Source: a phage. Taken from it: a DNA stretch of 64,000 bases. Below are positions 39,232 to 49,078 of the stretch, one piece after another (position 1 is the first letter of the stretch; every line of letters starts with the position of its first letter). The notes under the pieces were generated by a model. It was not told the DNA's origin. It saw only the letters and a list, made by a program, of their open reading frames with translations, and searched no databases. Made by a program: the position numbers and the translations under genes. The stretch lies in sequence record PZ583743.1; one strand, 5' to 3'.

Positions 39232-39978
39232 TTATCCTCGGATAAGTTTAAAAATTGAACAATTTAGCGGGTATCCTCTTTTCAGTTTAAGTTTATCAAT
39301 AAAAGACAAATTTTGATACCGCTCTACACCTTGAATAATTTTATCACACATATCATATTGCATTTCTGCTTCTGACAGCTTTTTCACAATTTTCCAATCC
39401 GAGCCTTTAAGAAGAACGTTCAATTTAACAACTTCAGCGCCTTCTGCTATGCGAGAACCATCAATACGTGCTTTAAGTGCTACAATCGTTAGCTTAACGT
39501 CAGAGGTTTGTTTTGATTTAGAAAGCTGAGAAATGTGCTCAATTCGGTTTTCGCGTTTTTTCTGTATAGCTTTAATTTGATTATAAGTCTTTTTGATTTT
39601 AGCCCATTTCTTTTCATCTAAATTTAGTTTATGAACTTTTTTCGCAGATGAACGACCAATTCGCAAAGCAAATAAATCACGCTTTTCAATCAACTCTTCT
39701 AAAGTATAATCAGAACGAAATGTATTATACTTTTTCTTTACTGCAATAACATTCCCTTTAATGTATCCAACGTTATTATCAAAACGTTCTAATGATAATT
39801 TCTCTCCTTCAATACGATTATCAAAAGGTTCTCCCGAGTAAGCACAAACTTTTTGATCTAAAATGTTCTTAATGTAATTGAAGTCTAAGTTAAAATCTTT
39901 AGAACGTCTTTTAGCAGATGCCTGAGTATGCTCTAGACGACGTTTAATTTTACGAATTTGGTTATTAGACAGCTTCAT
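39232..39978 (-). CDS. srd: Probable Srd
   Basis: 248-aa basic protein between dda and modA with own early promoter; positional assignment. Confidence 0.5.
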   Translation of the reverse strand: MKLSNNQIRKIKRRLEHTQASAKRRSKDFNLDFNYIKNILDQKVCAYSGEPFDNRIEGEKLSLERFDNNVGYIKGNVIAVKKKYNTFRSDYTLEELIEKRDLFALRIGRSSAKKVHKLNLDEKKWAKIKKTYNQIKAIQKKRENRIEHISQLSKSKQTSDVKLTIVALKARIDGSRIAEGAEVVKLNVLLKGSDWKIVKKLSEAEMQYDMCDKIIQGVERYQNLSFIDKLKLKRGYPLNCSIFKLIRG

Positions 39979-40008
39979 ATTTTTCTCACGGACGGGTTAA
40001 CTACTTAT

Positions 40009-40038
40009 ACTATAACATTTTTACTTCAGCTTGTAAAC
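40009..40038 (-). promoter_or_regulatory. T4-type early promoter for srd-like gene
   Basis: -35 GTTTAC at 40033..40038, 18 nt, -10 TATAGT. Confidence 0.5.
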
Positions 40039-40094
40039 AACTTTATGAAAAATGCTTTAAAACTTTCATGGTATAATGAATCTAAGTCCTTCCA

Positions 40095-40697
40095 TTATAG
40101 ATTAAATCCTTCAAAATCAAGAGTATAGATAGTATATGTTGAATACTTTTTGTACTCATATCTATCTGCAATTCTAAATACACTTCCAGCTGGTATCATT
40201 ACTTCTTGTTCATCTGAAACTAATTCCATATTACGATAGCGATGGCTATCCGGAAACTTAAAACTCGGACTATATTCTTTACAACGTAAAGCTTTTATAG
40301 CATACTCCTGGAAATTAAATACCATAGGAGCTTTGAATTCAAAAATAACTTGTGTGTTGTATTCTAATCCAGAAGCAAAATGTAGAGCTATATTTTTATC
40401 ATATGAAGCTGATACTACTTTATCAAATGTAATAATATCAATTCCTTGATTTAACACTTGCTTAGTCTCAACTGGAACACCTCTCCAAAGAGGTTTATCG
40501 TTTGGAACCAAACGAGATTTGACTATTTCATTTAACCAAGAATGATCGTCTGGTTTATTAGTAATACAATGAATTAAAAGTTCAATTTCAGATAAATTAA
40601 ATCCTTCAGAAAGTAATTCTTCACGAATAGAAGCACGCACCGATGCATCCATTGATTTTATTTTAAAATCTTTTAGTTGCATTACTGAGTATTTCAT
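40095..40697 (-). CDS. modA: ADP-ribosyltransferase ModA
   Basis: 200 aa, same length as T4 ModA; R-S-EXE type motifs (LWRG, EQEVMIP). Confidence 0.75.
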   Translation of the reverse strand: MKYSVMQLKDFKIKSMDASVRASIREELLSEGFNLSEIELLIHCITNKPDDHSWLNEIVKSRLVPNDKPLWRGVPVETKQVLNQGIDIITFDKVVSASYDKNIALHFASGLEYNTQVIFEFKAPMVFNFQEYAIKALRCKEYSPSFKFPDSHRYRNMELVSDEQEVMIPAGSVFRIADRYEYKKYSTYTIYTLDFEGFNL

Positions 40698-41317
40698 TCA
40701 ACTACCTCAATATCATAAACTTTAAATGTTCCAAATGAATCGTGTAATTTTTCTTTTGAAATAGAAGTTATTCTATACTTTCCAATTGGAATCATCCATT
40801 CTTGTTCACGCACAATCATCATTAAGTTATCAGTACGCTCTGAATCTAATCCATCAGTATCTTCATATGTATACTTAAATTCAGTATTAGGAGAAGAAAG
40901 TATAATATCGCTGATATGGTCAGAATAATTAAAAGCTTTATCAGTTTTTAAGCGAAATATTATTTCAGTGAAATACTCAACATAAGAAAAACCACATGCT
41001 GTGTGCAAACTAGTAGTAAATGAATCTACTCTGTTCGTTGAAAACACTTCTCCAACTTGTAAATCTTTAATGAGTTCTTTTGTCGATTTTGATATACCAC
41101 GATATAGCCGATAAGGCGATTTAGTTAAATGCTTTTTAACGATTTTATTCAACTGCCGATGAAGAGCTTCATTCTTTTTGGCTTCCATACACTGCCAAAG
41201 AATTGACTGCTCAAAGTCAGTAAATTTTTCACAGACTTTTTTATACATATCATATTGAAAATCAACACTTTCAGCTTTTATAGATAACTGTTCAACATCT
41301 GCAAGATTAATAATCAT
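40694..41317 (-). CDS. modB: ADP-ribosyltransferase ModB
   Basis: 207 aa, same length as T4 ModB; LYRG and EQEWMIP motifs; paralog of ModA. Confidence 0.75.
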   Translation of the reverse strand: MIINLADVEQLSIKAESVDFQYDMYKKVCEKFTDFEQSILWQCMEAKKNEALHRQLNKIVKKHLTKSPYRLYRGISKSTKELIKDLQVGEVFSTNRVDSFTTSLHTACGFSYVEYFTEIIFRLKTDKAFNYSDHISDIILSSPNTEFKYTYEDTDGLDSERTDNLMMIVREQEWMIPIGKYRITSISKEKLHDSFGTFKVYDIEVVE

Positions 41318-41343
41318 GATAGCCTCCGTATACTTCAGAAGCT

Positions 41344-41373
41344 ATCATATCATCGTTAGAAAGGAAAGTAAAC
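41344..41373 (-). promoter_or_regulatory. T4-type early promoter for modB
   Basis: -35 GTTTAC at 41368..41373, 18 nt, -10 TATGAT; GGAGG SD before modB ATG. Confidence 0.5.
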
Positions 41374-41384
41374 AACTTTTTGAA

Positions 41385-41567
41385 TTATTTTGCCCAGGGA
41401 GCCCAGGGCGGAGGGTCAAGATGGTATGAAGCTAGTTCTTCTAGAAGAGCATCTGGGGCTTCAATTCCATAATTCTGTAATACTATACGGTACTCTTTCT
41501 TATAATCACTAGAATCATTCTGGATATTCGTAGAATGATTATCTTCTAACATCTCAAATAAATCCAT
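41385..41567 (-). CDS. Hypothetical protein
   Basis: 60-aa ORF. Confidence 0.45.
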   Translation of the reverse strand: MDLFEMLEDNHSTNIQNDSSDYKKEYRIVLQNYGIEAPDALLEELASYHLDPPPWAPWAK

Positions 41568-41575
41568 ATTAATTC

Positions 41576-42046
41576 CTAGCGATAAAAACCAAAATAACGA
41601 TTAGCTTCAATAATTTTTCTTTCTTCTTCGGACATTCTCCAGCGTAGTCCAACATCAAAATGAGCCCAGACCATCTTAACAAATGCATTTATATCTTTAA
41701 TATCTTCAATAATGAATGTTTTACTTTTAAAAGGTTGACTCGCTAATTTAACCTTATCATCTTCAAACAGGTCAAAAAGACCATATTCATGAGCTCTTTT
41801 ATAGCCTTTGATAGTTAAAGCCTCAGAAGAAGAAAACGGTGAATCAGTATTCTGTAAAATATCTTCAGTATGCTTTATAATTAGAATAACATTTTCTGGA
41901 TATTTTCTTTCTTTTATATCTTTAATTAAAAGATCCGGATTTTCTGCTAAAGGAATAATTAATGAGCATTTTTTATCAAGTGCATTTACTGATTTACCTT
42001 CTTTAGACATAAATTCTATTGAATAATGTTTTGCTACTTCAATCAT
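41576..42046 (-). CDS. Hypothetical protein (T4 mrh region)
   Basis: 156-aa ORF. Confidence 0.5.
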   Translation of the reverse strand: MIEVAKHYSIEFMSKEGKSVNALDKKCSLIIPLAENPDLLIKDIKERKYPENVILIIKHTEDILQNTDSPFSSSEALTIKGYKRAHEYGLFDLFEDDKVKLASQPFKSKTFIIEDIKDINAFVKMVWAHFDVGLRWRMSEEERKIIEANRYFGFYR

Positions 42047-42203
42047 GTGATTTCCTTTTGCCTACTAATGGGCCGTCAGGAATTTTGTTTTCCTGGATAT
42101 ATTTCTCATTTTCTTCCATCATTTTACTGCCAATTTTAAGAAGCAAATCCAGTGCTTCATTTGCTTTAGCCTTGGCCTCTTCTAGCGTCATATCTCTGTT
42201 CAT
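42039..42203 (-). CDS. Small hypothetical protein (54 aa)
   Basis: ATGA overlaps at both ends with flanking ORFs; below ORF-track cut-off. Confidence 0.4.
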   Translation of the reverse strand: MNRDMTLEEAKAKANEALDLLLKIGSKMMEENEKYIQENKIPDGPLVGKRKSHD

Positions 42204-42403
42204 GATTTATCCCCATAGATATCTCTCATCAATTTAAGCGCTGAGCGTTCTAATTTCTTTTCTTTCTCAGCACTAATCATTGATTTCATCCATTCTTCCG
42301 ATTCGTTCTGCATTTCTTTATTTGCTTGTTCAACCCAACCATCATCAATGTACATTGAGTTTGGTCTATTGAACCATTCAAACATTTTCTTCAGAACTTT
42401 CAT
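42200..42403 (-). CDS. Hypothetical protein
   Basis: 67-aa ORF. Confidence 0.45.
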   Translation of the reverse strand: MKVLKKMFEWFNRPNSMYIDDGWVEQANKEMQNESEEWMKSMISAEKEKKLERSALKLMRDIYGDKS

Positions 42404-42875
42404 TTGTTTTACCTAAAACGACAGTAGAAGCATCGTCAAATTCATGAATTTTTAGCAAATTTGGATGTAAACTATTCCATACAGAAGAAATAAAATATGA
42501 TAAAGCGTCTTCACTCGCAATTATAAATTTATTTCCTTTATCTATTTTCCAACTATATAATGAATCGTACGAATAGAAAGATAAAGGTTTATCATTATAT
42601 TGTTCTGCGCTAACATTAATGTATTCGGATTTAGTAAATGCTTCAATTGCTCTAAATGGAATATTTGGTACAGTTTCAATAATTCCGATCTTTTTAAGTT
42701 TTATTTCAGCATCTTCTGGAACTGGCATTGAAACGAAATTTTCTACGAGATACATTGGGTCACAATAACCCTTATCAATCATTACTGCTACGGTAATTGG
42801 AACATCTTTAGCAAATGACATGCTATTACTGCTAATATACATTTCAAACAAAATCGCTTCCATAATTTTCCTCAA
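42378..42875 (-). CDS. Hypothetical protein
   Basis: 165-aa ORF. Confidence 0.5.
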   Translation of the reverse strand: MRKIMEAILFEMYISSNSMSFAKDVPITVAVMIDKGYCDPMYLVENFVSMPVPEDAEIKLKKIGIIETVPNIPFRAIEAFTKSEYINVSAEQYNDKPLSFYSYDSLYSWKIDKGNKFIIASEDALSYFISSVWNSLHPNLLKIHEFDDASTVVLGKTNESSEENV

Positions 42876-43210
42876 TCACAAGATGTAGATGAACAACTAG
42901 AATCACAAGAACTTCCACATGAATCGCCCGTCCACACATGAACAGGAACATTAGTATCATATGAATCAGAACTAGACTGTGTATTCTGCGTATTAGATGA
43001 TGTAGGTGTTGACCAACGCCAAGGATTTTTATAATATTCCTGGGCTTCTTCATAAGTCATAGTAACTGCTTCTACTGTTCCATCTCCCATATAAACATAT
43101 TCAACTACAGTTAAAGGAAGGTAGTCATTTGAAATAGGAACTACACCTTCTCCGGGAGTTGTAGAGAAAAAATCCGTAAAGAAACTTTTAAACCAATTAA
43201 AGATAAACAT
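42872..43210 (-). CDS. Hypothetical protein with Ser/Cys-rich C-terminal tail
   Basis: ORF track 42872..43255; likely start at 43210 coupled to upstream stop; tail [18 protein letters not shown]. Confidence 0.45.
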   Translation of the reverse strand: MFIFNWFKSFFTDFFSTTPGEGVVPISNDYLPLTVVEYVYMGDGTVEAVTMTYEEAQEYYKNPWRWSTPTSSNTQNTQSSSDSYDTNVPVHVWTGDSCGSSCDSSCSSTSCD

Positions 43211-43422
43211 TACAAAAAGCCTCTTTGAAATTCGACTCTTTGAAATCCACCCCAATCAGTGTATCGCATTTCAGCATTGAACTCGACTGAACCATCTGCA
43301 TGCATCATGAATGAATGCGTGACGATATCACAATCCCAGCTTTTCATACCCCATTTATCAGAGATAGCTTTATCAAGAACCTTCTGGAGGTCTTCATTTG
43401 GTTTAATCCAGCGATTTAACAT
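43210..43422 (-). CDS. Hypothetical protein
   Basis: 70-aa ORF with early promoter 43449..43478. Confidence 0.5.
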   Translation of the reverse strand: MLNRWIKPNEDLQKVLDKAISDKWGMKSWDCDIVTHSFMMHADGSVEFNAEMRYTDWGGFQRVEFQRGFL

Positions 43423-43448
43423 AGTGCTCTCCTCTATAAGATAATTTT

Positions 43449-43478
43449 ATTATACCATACTCATTTTGGAAAGTAAAC
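43449..43478 (-). promoter_or_regulatory. T4-type early promoter
   Basis: -35 GTTTAC at 43473..43478, 18 nt, -10 TATAAT at 43449..43454. Confidence 0.55.
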
Positions 43479-43518
43479 CGGTAAAATGAAAAAAGGACTC
43501 CCGAAGGAGTCCTTGAAT

Positions 43519-43764
43519 TTATTCACCAGTTACTTTCCACAAATCTTCGTTTGCAGTAATCCATTCAGTACGTTGATTTTCTTCATATACTGTAGAATAT
43601 GCTGCTTTTTCTGAAGGGAATATCTGATAATGAGCGCCAGAAATTTTGTGAACGTCAGAATAAAGAGGGAAAGCTACAGAAATTTCCTTTCCTTCAATTT
43701 TCTTATTTCCATCTAATTTTTGCTCAAATGTTTTAATATTAACATAACCGCGAGTACTAGCCAT
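43519..43764 (-). CDS. soc: Small outer capsid protein Soc
   Basis: 81 aa (T4 Soc 80 aa); TATAAATA late promoter 30 nt upstream. Confidence 0.9.
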   Translation of the reverse strand: MASTRGYVNIKTFEQKLDGNKKIEGKEISVAFPLYSDVHKISGAHYQIFPSEKAAYSTVYEENQRTEWITANEDLWKVTGE

Positions 43765-43779
43765 GTAATTCTCCTTTAT

Positions 43780-43989
43780 TTAAATTACATGACTATTTAT
43801 AATAAATTCTTGCGGAACGTTAAAATACCCAATTTTAGTTAATATAACAACATCACCGTTAATAATTACCGGAGAATAATCGGCTGGAGCATTAAACTTC
43901 CAATGAGCTCTAATATTATATCCATCAGAACCAAATGCTCAACTAGCCGGTCTCCCGGCTTTTTGCCATGCATAAAAATCAAATTTCAT
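43780..43989 (-). pseudogene. ORF interrupted by a single in-frame TGA (16 codons, TGA, 52 codons); candidate pseudogene or readthrough gene
   Basis: ATG overlaps upstream stop; MKFDFYAWQKAGRPAS, TGA, AFGSDGYNIRAHWKFNAPADYSPVIINGDVVILTKIGYFNVPQEFIINSHVI; no start codon after the TGA. Confidence 0.4.
43794..43801 (-). promoter_or_regulatory. Late promoter TATAAATA for soc
   Basis: Exact TATAAATA on minus strand 30 nt upstream of soc ATG, inside the 3' end of the interrupted ORF. Confidence 0.7.
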
Positions 43990-44186
43990 TTTGAATGCTC
44001 TATAATTAATTTTAAGGCTTCTTCATGCACCTTACCTAATTGTATATGTCCAGTTTTAATTGTGTAAGCTTTGTGGAGCTGATTAGATAGGAGCTCGTAT
44101 GTGAGCTCCTTGTCATAATTTTTAAATAGCTGGTCAATACGTTTCTTGTGGGCTTTCTTAAGTTGACGTTTATTTAAACGAGCCAT
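43986..44186 (-). CDS. Hypothetical basic protein
   Basis: 66-aa ORF coupled to gene 56 stop. Confidence 0.5.
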   Translation of the reverse strand: MARLNKRQLKKAHKKRIDQLFKNYDKELTYELLSNQLHKAYTIKTGHIQLGKVHEEALKLIIEHSK

Positions 44187-44704
44187 TAATAACCTCGGTC
44201 TTGACGAGCGAAGTTTTCAGCATTTTTCAGATAATAAAGTTTAAAGATTTCTTCAGCCGTAAGACCGAGACCTTGGAACATGTTCAGAACGAAATGAAGA
44301 ATATCAATCATTTCGAATTTAATTTCCAACTGGTCTTGTGGAGACAAATCAGTAATCAGAGTTTCACGTCGTTCACCATGTTGAGCTTTCCAAGGCTTCC
44401 ATACAGCAGATGCATCTTTTTCACCATTGCTCATACCACCAAGAGAAGTCAATAGTTCGCGGAATTCATCATCAATATAATCTTTCTGATTACGCAGCCA
44501 ATCAACAACTTCACCCGCAGTAGCCAAATCATCAGGATGACGGTTATATTCAGGTTTATCTTTAGCTAAACGAACCTGTAGAGATTTCTGCATATCAAGC
44601 ATAACCTGCAGCGGGTCTTTTTCATCACCGAGAATATCCCAGTATTCATTTTGAGCTTTATCAGCGCCTTCGATCAGTTGACTACATTCGTTAAAGTAAG
44701 CCAT
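44186..44704 (-). CDS. 56: dCTPase/dUTPase gp56 (MazG-like)
   Basis: ORF track 44186..44719; start at 44704 (MAYFNECSQLIEG...) gives 172 aa vs T4 gp56 171 aa. Confidence 0.8.
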   Translation of the reverse strand: MAYFNECSQLIEGADKAQNEYWDILGDEKDPLQVMLDMQKSLQVRLAKDKPEYNRHPDDLATAGEVVDWLRNQKDYIDDEFRELLTSLGGMSNGEKDASAVWKPWKAQHGERRETLITDLSPQDQLEIKFEMIDILHFVLNMFQGLGLTAEEIFKLYYLKNAENFARQDRGY

Positions 44705-44764
44705 TATTTTTCCTTTCAATTCATTAATAAGTTAAATAATTATATCATTTGAGTATGTAAGCAA

Positions 44765-46104
<1,340 letters not shown>

Positions 46105-46129
46105 TATATCATCCTCAGCAATTTATTTT

Positions 46130-46159
46130 ATAATACCATAACAAGCTGAGAAAGTAAAC
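46130..46159 (-). promoter_or_regulatory. T4-type early promoter for the nuclease-like ORF and dam
   Basis: -35 GTTTAC at 46154..46159, 18 nt, -10 TATTAT. Confidence 0.55.
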
Positions 46160-46177
46160 AAATTTATGAAATTTGTG

Positions 46178-46184
46178 ATAAATA
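46178..46184 (+). promoter_or_regulatory. Late-promoter-like ATAAATA box for plus-strand small ORF
   Basis: gATAAATAtt 19 nt upstream of ATG 46204; 7/8 match to TATAAATA. Confidence 0.3.
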
Positions 46185-46203
46185 TTAATTTAAAGGAGGA
46201 CAT

Positions 46204-46404
46204 ATGGCACAAAAATTAATGGCACTTGTTAATGCCATCAAAGGTAATAAGAAACGTATAGCTTTTACTATTTCTGCTATGGTAGGAATTTTACTCTGGA
46301 ACTTTATTTTATCACCAATTGCAATTGCGCATGGTGTTAATATTCCAGTAGTTACTCTTGATACATTCGTAGATCTAGCATTTGCTTTAGTTGGGTTAAT
46401 TTAA
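46204..46404 (+). CDS. Small membrane protein (66 aa), plus strand, convergent with gene 61
   Basis: AGGAGG SD 4 nt upstream of ATG; two hydrophobic segments; ATAAATA box 19 nt upstream; stop overlaps gene 61 stop. Confidence 0.5.
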   Translation: MAQKLMALVNAIKGNKKRIAFTISAMVGILLWNFILSPIAIAHGVNIPVVTLDTFVDLAFALVGLI

Positions 46405-47429
46405 ATCTTGGCATATTTAGATAACCGCATTTTAGCCATTAACCCCTGGGCAATATTATTTTTCATATATTCCATAATTTGTTCAGGGGTTGCACCTTCC
46501 TTTCTAATCATATCATTAACATCTTTTGATTTCCAGGGAGATTTATCCCAAAACATAACCCTTTCTCCTGCATCAACTAATTTAGTCATTCGCTTGATAG
46601 TGTCAGGGTGACGAGGTTCATTATCTAAAACCCACACTCGTCTATCTTTAAATGGAACAACTTCTAGGTCTAATTGACCACCTGTAATAGCTATACCATT
46701 TTCAATAAAAAGCGAATCTATAGGTCCTTCTAGAACATATACATCACCATCTTTGACTCGTTCGACTCCATAGATTTTTGTTGCCTCAGGATAAGCTTTG
46801 ATGGTGATATATTTTTGAGGAGCATCTTTCTTTAATGCACGTCCTTGAAAAGACTCAGCTTTTCCGTTAGCATTATAAATTGGAATAACAAGACGAGGCT
46901 CAGGTGTTTCCTTTTTATATGTTCCTGGAGCTATACTATTAACTAATTTAGGCCATTCAGTTGTAAACCAAAGATATTTCCATTTATCCTTTGGAATACA
47001 ACGAGCTTTTACATATTTTATAATTGGATGGTCTTCCGCCAATTTATCTAATCTGATGCATGACGGAAGAGATTTAATTATTTTCTTCTCAGGTTGTTTA
47101 GGAAGTTCTTTAGGTTTTTCTACTGGACGACTTTTACCTTTTTCTTTTCTTATTTCAAAGATATACTCACGATATAAATCAGGTTCAAACTCCTTTAAAT
47201 ATATTCCGATTGGTGCATGATAGTTACAGTTATAACAATGAATATTTCCTTCATTATTATCGCCATAATACCATCCACGGGCTTTATTTTGATCGGTTTT
47301 TGAATCTCCACAAACGGGACATCTAAACCGTAATTTAAAAGTTGAACTATTATTTACTTGTGCGAATTTAGGTAAATGAGCCAATGCACGGTATGCAAAC
47401 TCATTATCAATCCAAGGTATTGATGACAT
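46401..47429 (-). CDS. 61: DNA primase gp61
   Basis: 342 aa, same length as T4 gp61; N-terminal zinc-binding CPVCGDS...CYNC and Toprim region. Confidence 0.9.
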   Translation of the reverse strand: MSSIPWIDNEFAYRALAHLPKFAQVNNSSTFKLRFRCPVCGDSKTDQNKARGWYYGDNNEGNIHCYNCNYHAPIGIYLKEFEPDLYREYIFEIRKEKGKSRPVEKPKELPKQPEKKIIKSLPSCIRLDKLAEDHPIIKYVKARCIPKDKWKYLWFTTEWPKLVNSIAPGTYKKETPEPRLVIPIYNANGKAESFQGRALKKDAPQKYITIKAYPEATKIYGVERVKDGDVYVLEGPIDSLFIENGIAITGGQLDLEVVPFKDRRVWVLDNEPRHPDTIKRMTKLVDAGERVMFWDKSPWKSKDVNDMIRKEGATPEQIMEYMKNNIAQGLMAKMRLSKYAKI

Positions 47430-47431
47430 TT

Positions 47432-47596
47432 TTACTCTTCTTTTTCTTTAGATTCCTCTTTTTTCTTTTTAGGAATCTGTTCAGGACCTTTATTTACTAC
47501 AGCACCTGACGTTGTTCCAGTGGAGATATTTTCAGGATTACCACCTGAATCTCCAGCTACCATATCTTCTTTAATAAATTCTTTATATGTTTTCAT
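47432..47596 (-). CDS. Small hypothetical protein (T4 61.1 position, 54 aa)
   Basis: MKTYKEFIKEDMVAGDSGGNPENI...; below ORF-track cut-off. Confidence 0.45.
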   Translation of the reverse strand: MKTYKEFIKEDMVAGDSGGNPENISTGTTSGAVVNKGPEQIPKKKKEESKEKEE

Positions 47597-47597
47597 A

Positions 47598-48224
47598 TTA
47601 ACCTCTATTCATAAAAGCATTAAAAATTTGGTCATCAATAGAAACATCTACTTTAGACTGTTTTTCTGATGGTAATTCATATCCACATATTACAATTTTG
47701 TGATCAATATCAAAATACACAGAAGCAATATGATTAATGATGTTTTCAGTAAAGTCTAAATCAACATCAATATCTTTTTGACCACAGCCCAAAGGATAAA
47801 TAATGCGAGTAATTCGATTATCTTTAACAAAGATTCCACCGACATACTCTGTGCTGCGTTTAAAGTCTACACGCCAACGAAATGAAAAATATTCAGGCTC
47901 TTTATGAGCTCTGCTCATAGGACACAACGAGTAACTAGAATAAGAGATGTCAAATCCTACGCCTTCAATATGAGCCAAAGTATCATGATTAAACCAATTA
48001 TAATCGTACGCCAAATCCATTAGATTATAATATGTAAAAGGCACCGGATTAACGTCATTAATCACAAGCATGTAATTAGCAACTGCTATAATTTCATTGT
48101 TTTTAACGAATACAAACCGTGATTGATGCGAATGACCTGGACCCGCGTTTTCACGATTAATGATATAACACTGGGCACCTTTATATTTGTATGTATCTTT
48201 GCACTTGTGCATTTGATAGAGCAT
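47598..48224 (-). CDS. Hypothetical protein (T4 61.2 position; possibly the anti-DarT factor AdfA family)
   Basis: 208 aa; position and size match T4 61.2; family link is from memory. Confidence 0.5.
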   Translation of the reverse strand: MLYQMHKCKDTYKYKGAQCYIINRENAGPGHSHQSRFVFVKNNEIIAVANYMLVINDVNPVPFTYYNLMDLAYDYNWFNHDTLAHIEGVGFDISYSSYSLCPMSRAHKEPEYFSFRWRVDFKRSTEYVGGIFVKDNRITRIIYPLGCGQKDIDVDLDFTENIINHIASVYFDIDHKIVICGYELPSEKQSKVDVSIDDQIFNAFMNRG

Positions 48225-48517
48225 TATTCACCTACCACTTCAGCGATGATATTTTTATTATTAAAGTTTTTATCGCAATACAGAACATAATTATACTGCA
48301 TTACACCACCAGATTTAAGTTGTTTTTGCACTTTAGCTTTCATTTCAGGACGATCGCGCTCAACGATATTCATAATATCCGCTTCAATTTGAGTTTCAAC
48401 TTCAGTCTGATCTGCAGTCATAGACCATTCGCACAAATCTTTGTCATAACCCGCCATAGCAGGCTGAGCAGCGCAAGAAGATAAAGCAAAAATTGCAGCA
48501 AAGATAAATTTTTTCAT
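48224..48517 (-). CDS. sp: Probable spackle periplasmic protein
   Basis: 97 aa with N-terminal signal peptide MKKFIFAAIFALSSCAAQPAMA; position of T4 sp (61.3). Confidence 0.6.
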   Translation of the reverse strand: MKKFIFAAIFALSSCAAQPAMAGYDKDLCEWSMTADQTEVETQIEADIMNIVERDRPEMKAKVQKQLKSGGVMQYNYVLYCDKNFNNKNIIAEVVGE

Positions 48518-48545
48518 GATAATCTCCTCAGTAGTTTATGTTTAT

Positions 48546-48575
48546 ATAGTATCTCAATTTCCAATAAAAGTAAAC
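48546..48575 (-). promoter_or_regulatory. T4-type early promoter for sp
   Basis: -35 GTTTAC at 48570..48575, 18 nt, -10 TACTAT. Confidence 0.55.
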
Positions 48576-48577
48576 AG

Positions 48578-48835
48578 TTATTTTAAAACTTCTGCATAAT
48601 CACATGTTACAAACTGTTTCTCTAACTTGGCGATTTTACGAAAGTATCTTTTGCATTGACGAATCTGTCGCTTTGTAGGGCGCACAGCAAACTTAATAAA
48701 TTCCACTCGACCAAATGGAGGGCTTTCTTCTGCCGGAATATCTAATACTAATTCCCACGTATCTGCAATAAGTGCTTTGAATTGAGTATTTTTCCTGACA
48801 TTATACGGAGTAGGTTTAAATAAAACGATATGCAT
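48578..48835 (-). CDS. Hypothetical basic protein (T4 61.4 position)
   Basis: ORF track 48578..48877; GAGGA SD precedes ATG at 48835 just after dmd stop, giving 85 aa. Confidence 0.5.
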   Translation of the reverse strand: MHIVLFKPTPYNVRKNTQFKALIADTWELVLDIPAEESPPFGRVEFIKFAVRPTKRQIRQCKRYFRKIAKLEKQFVTCDYAEVLK

Positions 48836-48836
48836 A

Positions 48837-49019
48837 TTATCCTCGGCAATCCACTTCACATACCTTCTTGTCATCAATGAAAGCTTTAACTAGTGCTTTA
48901 TTAACTTCAGCATATTGAGTAGTAGCCCATTGAACGTCATCTTTCATCATTGTGGTCTCTTTAGTAAACATGCTTTCATTCTTAAACCACCCCATAAAAA
49001 CTACCTTTACCAATTCCAT
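48837..49019 (-). CDS. dmd: Dmd antitoxin-like protein
   Basis: 60 aa; MELVKVVFMGWFKNESMFTKE... matches my recollection of T4 Dmd; own early promoter. Confidence 0.7.
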   Translation of the reverse strand: MELVKVVFMGWFKNESMFTKETTMMKDDVQWATTQYAEVNKALVKAFIDDKKVCEVDCRG

Positions 49020-49048
49020 AACAATCTCCTCATTTAACCAACAAGACT

Positions 49049-49078
49049 ACTATACCATAGTCTTGTCAGCTTGTAAAC
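49049..49078 (-). promoter_or_regulatory. T4-type early promoter for dmd
   Basis: -35 GTTTAC at 49073..49078, 18 nt, -10 TATAGT. Confidence 0.55.

Noticed and set aside
42019-42237. Plus-strand 72-aa ORF
   Set aside because: The region is covered on the minus strand by a coupled small ORF (42039..42203) and the start of 41576..42046; no SD; translation is low complexity.
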